A stretch of 64,000 nt of DNA from Amoebophrya sp. A120 (lineage: Eukaryota; Protista; Dinoflagellata): assembly GCA_905178155.1 (NCBI GenBank), contig CAJINV010000002.1, forward strand, positions 4,831,709 to 4,895,708, given 5' to 3'. How positions within the stretch are numbered: position 1 is the stretch's first letter; each line of letters starts with the position of its first letter. The notes beneath the pieces were generated by a model, which was not told the origin of the DNA, did not search any database, and worked only from the letters and a program-made list of their open reading frames with translations. A program made the position numbers and the translations under genes. Of this stretch, positions 12,001-24,000 are shown in pieces.

Positions 12001-15000
12001 CCCGCAGCTTCTGCGGCCTGCAGTTCCGCCTGATATCTCAGCTCGTGTTCTCGCTTTTTTAACTGCAAAAACCGGAGGAAGGTCTGTACAGCCCGGATTT
12101 CCTCGAGCGGGCAGTAGTCGGAGTCGGTGGTCTGTTCGAGCTTTGATGCAGCTTGCCCTCTCGTGCCGTCGTCGCGTTTCATCTCGCCGTCCTGTTGTTC
12201 GGCGTTTGCCGCGAGTGTTTGCACGCAGTCTAGGTTATCTACCAGCTGCTCTAGTTTTTCCAGCCACGCGGCCACCCGGTGGCGCTGCTCTGGGCCGTTG
12301 TATTGACGCTCGGCCGCGGGAGAGGACGGAACTGCAGATCCCGCTGAAGTGGCACCCTTCGAAGCAGCCGGCGGCGCACCAGTGCCCTTTTCACGAGAGT
12401 ACGCCGCGTGAAGCAACTCTCCCATGGGGTATGTATCGCCGGAAGAAGGAGCTCCTGTTTCACTGTGACCTCGTGACGTCGGATGTTGACTATCGCAGGA
12501 ACAAAATAAAACTGTTTCACTGTGATAGGCATAGGTAACAATAAACTTGTCGAAATGCAAAAGATAAAACTCAACACAGCAAGTGCTGCTTGTTTACTTG
12601 CTAGAGCAAATGCAAGAGTGCTGACCATTTTCACCTACTGTGTACGACCAGGCATGGCAGATGGATCATGTGAGTATCTTCATGGACCACAAACTTACAC
12701 CATTCCGGCCCTGCAAAATTGTCACAGTGAAACAGCCCTTGCTCTTTACGCGCGATAGTGTTTGACGGAATTGTATTGCGCGATCAAAGTTTTAAACTCC
12801 TCGGCCTCGTATTCTAACCACCATTTTTCCAGCATCTTCGTGCTATGGTAGTATCATTTGTAAAAACGTCCCCACCCCATAGCTGTCATGCTAAACAAAA
12901 TGCGACACACTTTGCCCCGCATTGCACCATGGCCGCAGATGGTTTGACGCGCAGGGCGGGTGGGTCAGGCGGACACATAAGTGCCATCACCCCATAGCTG
13001 TCATGCAGATCTGCATGCTCAAAATGTTCCTCATGCGGAGTCCCATGACAAGCATTTTCCAGTCGTGCTGTGGAATTTGCAGTGCTCCAATCAGCGTCAT
13101 AGGCTAGATCTGGGATGCTGCTGAACAAGCTAAACAGGATTACACTTTCTACGAGGCAAAGCTTGTCATGCGCAACACCCAAAGTTGACAGATTTGTGTA
13201 GCAGATTTGCCATCTTGACTATGGGGTGGGGACGTTTTTGCTCAGGATATTAAGTAGACAATGGAATTCATCAAAATGGAGACGTCCTCGTGGAGCTTGT
13301 CAAAATTCACCGCCTTATGGATTGCAAAAAAAAAAGGTGTGGGAGATTCGGAGACCTGTCATGCTAGTCTGGCATGACTCTAAACTCTGTATTGCGTGGC
13401 AGGGAAGAGGTCCCCTTGTCTGTCATGCAAAAACGCAGTTTCTCATGCGGAGTACGCAACTCTGAACCACGGAAAAACTTGTCATGCTGGGAAGCGCATT
13501 ACAGTGTGTTCAATATTCCCTTCCTTGCATGACAAGTTTCCAGAACCAGACATAGATATAATTTGCATTTCATACGCCTTTTTGTAGTGCGACAGTGTCG
13601 GAGTGGCCGCCCCCGCGTACAGCGACGGCGACTGGAGGGAACTGCTCATCGGACTGACGAAGAACTTGTAGAGGTACTTCGGCTGCTCAGGGGTGCCCTT
13701 CTTCTCGAAATCGTACACGTCGACGCCAAAGGTTGTGGCGGGAAGGTCAACATCTTCGCTCGGTGGTTGATGCTGAGCGGAGGTGGGATGAAACCGAGAA
13801 CCCCCGTCCGCAGGATGAACTAACTCCGTCACCGACCCGTCTTCGTGCACTCGGGAGACTTGTGCATTCGTTGTCACGATCTTCCTTTCGAAATCTTCGA
13901 TGGAGCCAGGCTCAACAGACTTCTCAGTTGTGATCTCCATTTTTCTGACAGTACGGGACTTCGCGCCCCGCGTGCCCTCGCTTTGCGAGAGAATCGGCGG
14001 GGAGGGTGGTCCCCCAGCTTGTTGTTGGGACGACCGAACTCGTGCTCCTGCTGCTCCTCCGAAGGTCACCTTATTCACATTCCCATTAGTGTAGTGCGTA
14101 TCGCCTGAGATTTGATCCGCCCTGTGGGTCAAGATCCCGCTCATTTGCCCCGTGCGCGGGTCCAGCGTGAACACGTGGAGAACCATGTCGTTGTTCACGT
14201 TCAGTCCAATAAGGCCCTTTTTGTTCATTTTCGTGGACTGCACGGCCATGCTGTAGAGCGGCTTGGGGAAATTTTCCGGAAACGGAAAGGAGGTTTTGCC
14301 GCTCGATTTCTTGCTCACCTGCTCCCGAGCGGGCGTACTGTTTTGATGTTGATGTCCGGCTGACAGTACTCGTTGCTGCGTGGGGCGGAGGTCCTCCTGT
14401 TCTTTCTGTTTAGAAGTACCAAGCTTTTCCGGGACAACAAACTTGTCCCTGGTGCCAGGGGAGTTCTCTTGCTGGCCCTGGCTTGACGGACCGGACATTA
14501 CGGGCATGCCGGTGTAGGAAATTTCGTATGTGGGTTTCGGTTTCGAAGAGTCTACTTGAGAAAGACCTGGCTTCTCGCCCTCTGCAGATTTTAATATTCC
14601 CCCATTGCTTTTAGGAGGAGATAGTACATGTTGCATACGTTCCCGTACTTGCGTCTCCACTCTACCCAACAACTCGTCTCTTTGCCGCTGGAGTGCGGCT
14701 TTTGTTCTTTCAAGCTGCGTTAGGTGCTCGTCCAGATTTCGACTCGTGAAGGCGGCCTTTTTGTACGCGTGACTACGGACGAGAACTTTTATCTCTGCAT
14801 CGCCCACGACCCCTTGCTGCAGCTGCAGCTCTTCTTGAGTTAGTGCCACTTTTTCCGGCATGATCTTCTCGACTTCTGCCTGCTCTGATTCGTCTTCACG
14901 TTCATCGTGCGATAATTCGTCATCCTCATCGGCCGGGTCTTCTACCTCCATGCCTATGCCATCCTCATCCCGTTCGTCAAAAGCTCCTGAATTATCCGCC

Positions 15001-18000
15001 AGAGCCGCACTATTTGCAGTTGTCATGTTCGGCGACAAAACAGCGTCCCATGCCGCTGGATTCATGGATGATTTTTGCACGAAATCATCCCAAAACTTCA
15101 CCACTTTCTCCTCCGTGGCAAGGCGGTCTCCCGTTCCGTGTTCTGCTTCTAGTTCCGCCCAGTGTTGGTCCCACTCAGCCTTATCGAGGTCCTTCACGTC
15201 AGGCACCGGAACTTGTGGCAACAAATGGTGTTTTACCACGTTCCCTTCCTCCGCCGTAACCGCAGGCGGATCCATAGCATGAATCATCTCTTGAAACTTG
15301 TCGATGGACACTCTGCGCTGCTCGGCTTCCCGGAGTTTTTGTCCCGGAGTTGTCGGACTACTTCTAGGGGATGTTGTTGAGAAGCTTGAAGACGTGCTAA
15401 TATCAACATCCTGGTAATTGACCTGCACCTCCGGATTCACAAAGACGAGAGACAAGTGGCACTGGTTCAAAATTACGAAATCTTCCGGAATCGCTTCGGT
15501 GAGATCTACTCCGGCGAAAAAATCTTCGTCGGGCACCTCTTCCCGCCTGGTTTTTTTCACTTCATACTGTTCGACTTGCGACGAAGGGAGGACAAAGGGG
15601 TCGAAATTCATGGAAGCCCCAAGCTCCCGCAGCGTCGGGTAAAAGATGACCATATTTTTTGGCGGTGCTCCCGGATCGCCGCCGTCTTTCGTTGTAGTTG
15701 GATCAAGATCATCTTCAGCATCTTCATCTGCATGATTCGCCGGTTGCTCAGGCACTTCCGCGACCACAGGTACTGCTTCATCTCGTGCCGAAGAGGTTGC
15801 CGTAGCAGCATCAGCAGCCGGCATCGCAACATCTTCTTTCGCGTTCGCGCTCGCGGCCTCGTCTTCCGTACTAGCCAACATCACAACATCTTCCTCAGCC
15901 GCCTCTTCAAGCTCCACCACAGCGGGCGCGAAATCATCGAACTGATTTTCATCTCCCGCAACATCCACGTTTATCGGCCCGAATTCCGGGGAAGTCGGCT
16001 GGGACGACTGTACTTTCTCGACCCTGAACCTGCCCACCGGGGTATCAAACTGAAAAATCCCCCCTCCCCATATCAAAACGGAAATCTGTGATGCAGATTT
16101 GTGGTCACAAATCAGCTTTGTGATGCTAGAGGGCAAAAGATGCGGACTGTAGTGCTGTCTAGCGTGGGAAAGTGTTGCAGCTCGAGGATGACAGGAGGCA
16201 ACTGGAAGTGGGAAACAGCATGACAGATTGCCTGCAATTTACGCCGCAGCTTCGTCTCTTGGCCTTCTAGCAATACAAGTTGATTTGTGTCCTCAAATAC
16301 AGCATCACAAAATCGCGCATCTTCCGTTTCCGATATGGGGTGGGGGCTTTTTTCCCTTTGATACGGAGTCTTTTCCCCGGTGCGCATGGATTCAGCGACC
16401 TCTTTCTTCAACTTGGAAGATGTATCACACAGAAAAACAAAAAAGCTGGCAGGGCATATTTGTAATGCAAAAATAAATACACAAAAAAATCTGTCATGGG
16501 TGGCCCCATAGCATCCTGTTTCGGATATGCAATACAGATTTTCTTGTGTATTTATTTTTGCATTACAAATACGACCTGCCAGTTTTTTTCTGTGTGATAA
16601 GATGAAAGCTGTGGCTGCGCAGCGGTGCTGTTATTGGGCCCCTCTTTGCGTTCATCTTGGTCAACACCGTCTGCACCGGAGTTCTCAAATCCACTACTGC
16701 TGTACCGACTCAAAAATTCGCTTCGAATTTGCTGCAGGTTCAAGAATGCGTTTGACTCCCCTGCTTGCGCCAATTTTTGCCCCAACCAGTTGACCGCGTC
16801 CGCATTGGTGATGTCCCACTTCAGAAAGTAGTGCGAGAGTTTCGCCTCGTCGTAAATTTTTTCGTGGTTACAGAACAGCATCATGGAGCTCCGAAACGCA
16901 TTCCGGTTCACCACCCAATCCGGGGCGGAGTAGGGGGGCAAGTGGAACTTACTCAGATTCTCAAAGGAAACCTTCACCTGCGAGCCAGGGTTTCCGTCGA
17001 TGTGGTACAGAATATTGGTTTTCAAATCTTTTCCCCGCATCTTCACCAGGTTGTCCTCCACCACAGGAAGAGGCTTCGGAAGCTGCTGGTGCTGTTGTTT
17101 TATTTTTTCGTGTGCTTGTTTCTGTTTGTTCCCGGCCTGTTTCTCGTCCTCGTCCAAGGTGATATGCGCCATCACGGAAGAAGTCAGCGGGGCTCGGGAC
17201 GAGGAGTTGTGGTCGTTCCTAAGCTCCAAGGTCATCTGCCCGTTTGGAAGGGCCTTCTGCACCACGGTCTTCGCTACAACCTGGCCTTTATTTGCAGAAT
17301 ATGCAGCAGCTTGTTCACCTGGAGATGGTAGTTTCTCGGTATTTTTATTCTGAGCATAATTCTTGTACTGCTGCCAGTAAAGGTGAAGTATGGAAAGACA
17401 ATTTGAAATTGTGTGAACGGACAGAGGAGTAGTGAAAACACTTCATGTGACAACCTTTTCATCGATTTTTGAGTTATGATATCGAATTCCCAAAATCATG
17501 CACGAAAACCATGAAGTGAAATTCTGAAACTCGTCGAGAGTCCTCGTGCATCCAGATTCAGATTAATACTGTGAGTACATCTTAGTTGTATCATGCGCGA
17601 CCTCTAATATCATAGTCTGCGACAAGAACCTTCCACCTACCGCTGCACAAAGACTTAAAAACTCCTCCCCCACATCATGATGCGTCCTACGCCCACACAT
17701 TTCGTAACTTTCATAGGCGCCAGGAGCTCTGTGCGCAAGTTTTCCAACAAGTGTTCCCCGGTGAACGGCGCTAAGAAATTGACTTTCTCGTACAAAGCCT
17801 TGTCCGTGGCCGTTTCCAGGTACACGTCCAGCAGCATTTGCTTCAAATTCTTGACCGGAAACGCGGGTGCAGCGGATTGCGTTTCGGATCTCGCGAGAGG
17901 GAGGTTGAACATCACCGAGCTCGGGTAACTCAACGCCTTCTCCTTCAAGATAGACCGGACGTCCTCGAAATTCTCTACCAGATGCTCGCCCCCAGAGAAT

Positions 18001-21000
18001 TTCTGCTCCGTGTCCGCCAGAAACCGTTTTCGCTCCGACGCGGAGGCGGTTTGGAGCTGTTGAGAGGGGCTGTTTTTGAAACCATTCTCATCGAAAAACT
18101 GCTGCTCGCCGAGTCGCTGCATGAGTTCTTGGGTCTGTTGTTCTTCTGGTGTTCCAGCACTTATTCCGTGCTCGAAGTTTTTGCCGAGTAAGTCCCCGAA
18201 ATTCACCTTGCTCCACTTCATGTCACTCGTTTCGTCCTCTATCAAATGCAAAAGTGTCTGGGTCTGGAACATTCTAAACTTGTGATGCTGTCTCTGGATT
18301 CTGAAAAAATTTGCATTGCATGACCAGCAAGAGGACTCCAGTTCGTGCTACGCGGAGAGGGCATTTCTCATGCTGTAGAGTTATCACAAAGCGCTCTGAA
18401 AATCTGTGATGCTACGGCATGCATCACAGACATCATGGGTCATGGAAAATATGCAAGACAAATCTAGAAATCTTCCAGACCCAGACATATTTGCAATCCA
18501 TATCCTCTAACATTTTCCCAAGAAGCTCCTGGTCCGTCGTCGATCGCAAAAAGTGCGACGCTGTGGCCATAATTTCCGGAAAAATGTCCTCGTGCTTGAG
18601 CTCTTCTTCTTCGACCGCTTTCTTCTGCAGTAGAAGATTTCGATCCGTGGGCACCTTCAGTTTCACCACCAAATCTGCCGACCAGGCGGGCGAGGAGACG
18701 GAGACCGGGAACTGCAGTTCATTCTTGTACCGAAAGAACAAACTGGCGGCGGCAAGCTTCAAACACCTCGTGACCCGGTTGTCTGCGGTTTTGCGGATCC
18801 GCTCCGCGATCTTCCGGGCTTGCTCTTCCTTCGAGAGAGTGTACCGGACGTCGGTCTTGTTGTGCCCCCTGCTGCTCTGCTGTAGTTCCTCGTCGTTTTT
18901 TGACAGGATCCGGTCAGCGACCCCTTCGGCCAAGGTGTTGACGCCGTACTGCGACAGTTGCTGTCTCACGGTGTTAAGGAATTCGTCTCTATTATCCACG
19001 TGGATTTTAGTCTTCCCGTCCCCCGCATCCACTAGTATCTGTTCGCCGCCTGGGGCTTTCTCGGACGAGTCGATCATGTTCTCGATAACGTGCATCACGT
19101 TCTCTAGCTTTACATTGTCCACAACCTTGGTAGAAGGTCCTCCCTGCCCTATGAATTTCCCTCCATCGGCCGTTGCGACCTCAAAAGTCAGGTCGGCGAG
19201 ATCTTCCTCCGGTATGGTACCGCCCTGCCTCACGCTCATGATTTGCTTCACGTGCTCGACAAAGTCGGCTGTGTCCTCGTGCGAAAAAACCCTGGGTTCT
19301 TTTCCAAGAGGACCAACACTTCCCCCGTGGTCTGGGACCGCTAGGGGGGGTCCGCGGTCAAACGCGAAAAGTCTTCCTTCTTCCGCCCCCGCGGACGACA
19401 CCGTTTGTCCTTTTTGGGAAATCACTTGGATTCCATCTCGACTCCTATTTCCGGCGCTGGGTTGTAGTTGGTCCAGTTGGCTCTGCACGCTCTGGCCCTT
19501 TTTCTTTGCCCGCTCGAACATTGCCTGGATAAGTTCGGCCTTCTCGTCCTTCCCTCCCCGCGAACCGTGCCACCGTAGCCCCAGCATCTGCGCTCGCTCG
19601 TCCAAGTAGAAAACGACCGGGAGTTTTATCCCATGCTCGGCAAAGGAGTCGAGCGCGGACTCGTCGATCCTCGGGAAAATTTCGCCAACCTTGTCGTATG
19701 GATTGCAATTATGTCTGGTTTGGAAGAAACTTGCGATGCGCATTTCAGAACTCAGAAAAATCTCTCATGCATAGGTAGCAAAAGCTGCCCACTTTCTGCC
19801 AGCAAAAGGGGGATTTGTCATGGACATTCGGCATTGCGGAAGCTCCTCGAAACCTGTGATGCTAGATCTTCCATGCCAGACCTTCTGTGTCATGCAAAAA
19901 CAGCATGACTCTTCCAGACCCAGACATTTTTGCATTTGATATGTCGAGGATGCCATCGACGATCTCCTCGTATTTCCCGGTCTGGCCCGGGTCGGAGTCG
20001 GGGAGAATCACCTCCACAGCGGAGGATCCTTTCTCCACCCGCTCGGCGACCAGCTTGTTGAGCTGCTGATCGAGACTTTCGCGCGGAACCGGTTCTACGC
20101 CTCTTCCCCCACGCATGTTGCAAGTGTCGGGAATGTTGTCCTCATCTTCCATTCCTGACGCACCTTCCGAGATATAATGATACTCATCTCCCGGCAGTGG
20201 TGACATCACGTCCGTACTTCTTCTACCCCCTCCCATAGGCACGACCCGGGCTCTCAGAAGCCCGGGACTGAGCAGGTACAGCCTTGCGAGGACCAGATCC
20301 CGGAACATCGAGGTTTGTCCGTGGTTCTTGTAAACTGGAAAAGATAAAGTGATCACAACCGCGATGTCCTGTCGCCTCTCCCCGTCTTTAGCATTCGGGA
20401 AATGCACCGTCTGTTTCAGCTCGACTTTTTCCTTCTGCCGAAATGCGGCCTCGATATTCCCCGTATCCTGCAAACCTTCCACGTACTTCTCAAACCTCGC
20501 GGTGGTCACACCAGATGGGCAGAAAACTTGCCGGAACAAATCTTCGTCCTTCAGTTGCAAATCAGTAAACTTTTGCCACTTGGACTGCCACAGGCTCTGT
20601 TGACAAATGTCCTGCACCCACCGCTTCGTTTTCTCCGCCCGCGCCCCGGTTGGATCGATAAACCGCTGCACGGTTTCGATCTCTTTCGGCATCCGCTGCC
20701 CGCCGATCATTTCCGTCTTCGACACATTCAGGAACTGCCGCTGCTGAATCACCATGGGCGGCGCGTCTGGATCTTCTGCTGTGTCGTGGTCCAGTATACC
20801 CGGAATAGTCAGTCCGGCCGAAGGTCTTGATGAACAAAGGGACTTCGATTTACCGGTCACAGGGTCGTACTTATGCGGAGTGGAAGAACTACCAGTACCA
20901 CCTCCTCCTGCGCCAAAGTCTAACGTTTGATCCATGGTGATATCACCAAAGTCATCTTCCAAAAGGTCATCTTCATCGTCAACATCGCTCCTTGCCGCGT

Positions 21001-24000
21001 CTTTGCCTGCTTTCAAAGTGTTGTTGTATTCCTCGAAATCCTGTCCCACCTCCAAACTCTGCCCCGCCTCCAGTTTTTCTTTTTCTCGCAACACAAAATT
21101 TGCCCGTATTTTCTCCTTCGCAATGTCGGAGTACGTCGGCACAAGCGACATCGTGGCCATGGCCGGATAGTATCTCGCAGTGTCGTAGTGAGACAGTCTA
21201 CACCGGAGCCACTTCGTCCGTTGCTCAATATCCAGGAACCACTTTCTTTCTTTTTTCGAAGGATCTTTCCCCGATTCTCTAAACTCACCGTTGTAGAACA
21301 GTCGGAAAGCGTCGCCGTCTTCGTACTGCTGGTTTTGCGCCGTTAGTAGCTTTTGGCTTTGATGCTGGGACGAGGAGGAAGCGGGTCTTTTTCTCGCAGC
21401 AACGAAATCCGGAATGGCAACTACCGATGAACCGACACCTCCTGTTCCTTCGCCGGTGAAGAACAGCTCTGCGCGTTTGAATAGTTCCGCCACTTTGGAA
21501 GAGAATTCCTTCATAGATTCCTGGTGCTTTAACGTTGTGCGCAACTGCGCCTCCTCTGCGGAGCCGAGAAACTGCACCGAATTCACGCCGTTCCCGCCAG
21601 AATCGTTCCACCAACTGGGAACGATCGACTCGTTGCGGTTCTGAATCCGGGCAGCTGTCGCGGTCGAGTGGTTGGGCATCGATTCGATGGTGCTGTTATC
21701 AAGGTGAAAAATGCCCCCACCCCCGAACTTGGGAGCATTTGTATTGCAAACCTTTCCAAATGAAACACTCGCCCTCTTGCAGCTATCAGCATCACAGACT
21801 TCCGATCGCGAATAGCAAGCATTTGTATTGCAAAAGACCCCCGCAAGAGTGGCGACTGTCATGCAAGCGATGCGATACACACCTAGACTCTGCATCAGAA
21901 AGATTCATACTTCTTTCATGCATGACAAAAGGTTTGCATTTGGAAACGTCGCATCACAAGTTTTTGCGACTTTGGCGGTGGGGGCATTTTTCACTGTTGT
22001 AGCTGTCGCCGAGGAATTCCGTCGCGTCAAACGGGATGCCGAACATCCAATTCTCCAACTCCACCACTCTCGTGAAAAACTGCGCATTTTCCGCCATCTG
22101 CTTCCAAGCGGAGGCCATATCCACCTCCAAAATCGGCTTCTTCTGCTTTTTTGTGCCGATTTGCCCACTTCCCTGGTGACCCCCGGCCTGCTGCAACACC
22201 TTCTCGGCGCCCGCGCCGGATACTCCGATCACAGGGCCAGGGGTGGAGGAAGCGGCTGCGGCAGCGCTGTTTGAAGCTGAACCGTTCCCGCCCGCTGCTC
22301 CATGATTTGATCCTGTTCCGGCTTTCACTCTCTGCTCTTCCTCCTGTCTCGCTTTGACCACTGCGTGTCGGCCGGAGGGGGTGTGCAATTCTTTCAACAG
22401 TTCTGCGTGTTTGGTGGCGTAATCGGGTCCGGATTTGGTCGGAACCCCGTCCCACGGGTTGTCCACTTCCTGCATCTTCCCGCCTGGCGTGAGTTTGACA
22501 GTTTTGATAACCTCTGGCATCATCTTCTCCAGATGCCGGCTATAAGCTTCCTCCTCGATCACCACCCCCTGTCCCGTTTCCTGCTTCGGAATCCGAGCCC
22601 GGTAGAAGGACAACGACAAACCGAAGTTTGGCTCGTCCGACCCCGTCGCCATCGGGTCGAAGCTCAAAATCGCTTGCCGGGAATCGGTCGCGATCTTCTC
22701 GTAGATCTGTATCAACTGTAAAAATGTCTGGGTCTGGAAGATTCTGACACTTGTCATGCTAAACAGAAGTGCGGCACACTTTGCCTCCCCCTTTGTAAAC
22801 AGCCGCAGATGGCTGTGATGCATACCCTAGCAATACAGATTTTTTGAGGACTTCTTCATGCCTATTCCGCATGACAAATGCCTTCTCAGCGTAGCAAAAA
22901 TTGCATTCCCTTTGCTACTCATGCAATACAGATTTTTTTGGAATCCAAATGCAGCATCACAAGTTGCATTCTTCCAGACCCAGACATTTTTGCACTTGGT
23001 AATCGGGGTCTTATTCCCATTCCCGCCCAAATTGCTCAGCTCTTGGTGCTCCAACCAGGGCGAAACCAAGCCGAATTTCGCCAGGACCTGGTCCCACCAC
23101 GCGCTGTTCTCGGCGCGGTTAATCACATTATTGATCAAATCCTTCTCCGTATGGAGAGAAAAAAGCTTGTCATAGTCACTGGCTTGCAGTTTTTGCATGA
23201 GAAATTTTCTATGCATCACAGGTTTTTCTTGTATTGCACAACTACATAGAGAAATCCCATATGAAATTAGTATTAGACTGTGATGCAATTTTACGCATGA
23301 CAGAAATTTTTGTATTGCAAAAATGCGCATGAGTGATCGTGACGAACTTTTTTTGTTCCATACTCCGTGGGGAGTCTTTGCAAGTACCGCTTCGTCAGGT
23401 GAATCCGCCCCGGGGCCCCAAACCACTCCTTTTTCTGGACGATCTCCGACGGTTTCAAATTCTGCACCGAAGAACTCTGAAACCCGCCGGCGTCCTTGTT
23501 GTACGCGGCAAATTTTGGAAGTGAAAACTTTTTCCTTGAGGACGATGATGTTCTTGCTGCAGAGCCAAGCTCGGGCTGCTGCTCTTGATGCACGACAGAA
23601 CTACTGCCTCTGCCCGTACCACTGTCCGGATACCGTTTCTTCAGTTCCGCCTTCGTCTTGACCCGCGGCGCGTAAAACCCGGCAAGCTCCAGCACCACCA
23701 AGTCGTCGGTCAAGTCGCGCGTGAAGTAGGCGCGGTTGATTAACGCGTGGAACTCCACTTCTACACCGTCAATCAGCAGCGGGCTATCGTCGGGCCCGTA
23801 AATCCGGGCGATAATCTCGTACCCGATGTTCTTTCGGTACCACTTGCGGATCTGGATTTCAATTGTTCTCAAGAAGATGGCTCTAAGGTAGCAAACAGCT
23901 TGCCAGCAAATGCATCTCAAGTCCATGATCGAACTACATCAACGTCAACACATATTTATACCGCAACAAAGGGATCCAGTTTGTGTTGGATGACTTTGAT

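Noticed and set aside
18419-19609. Long plus-strand ORFs (396 aa here, also 6443-7255, 44231-44995 and others)
   Set aside because: They are antisense shadows of minus-strand exons with no recognisable motifs.
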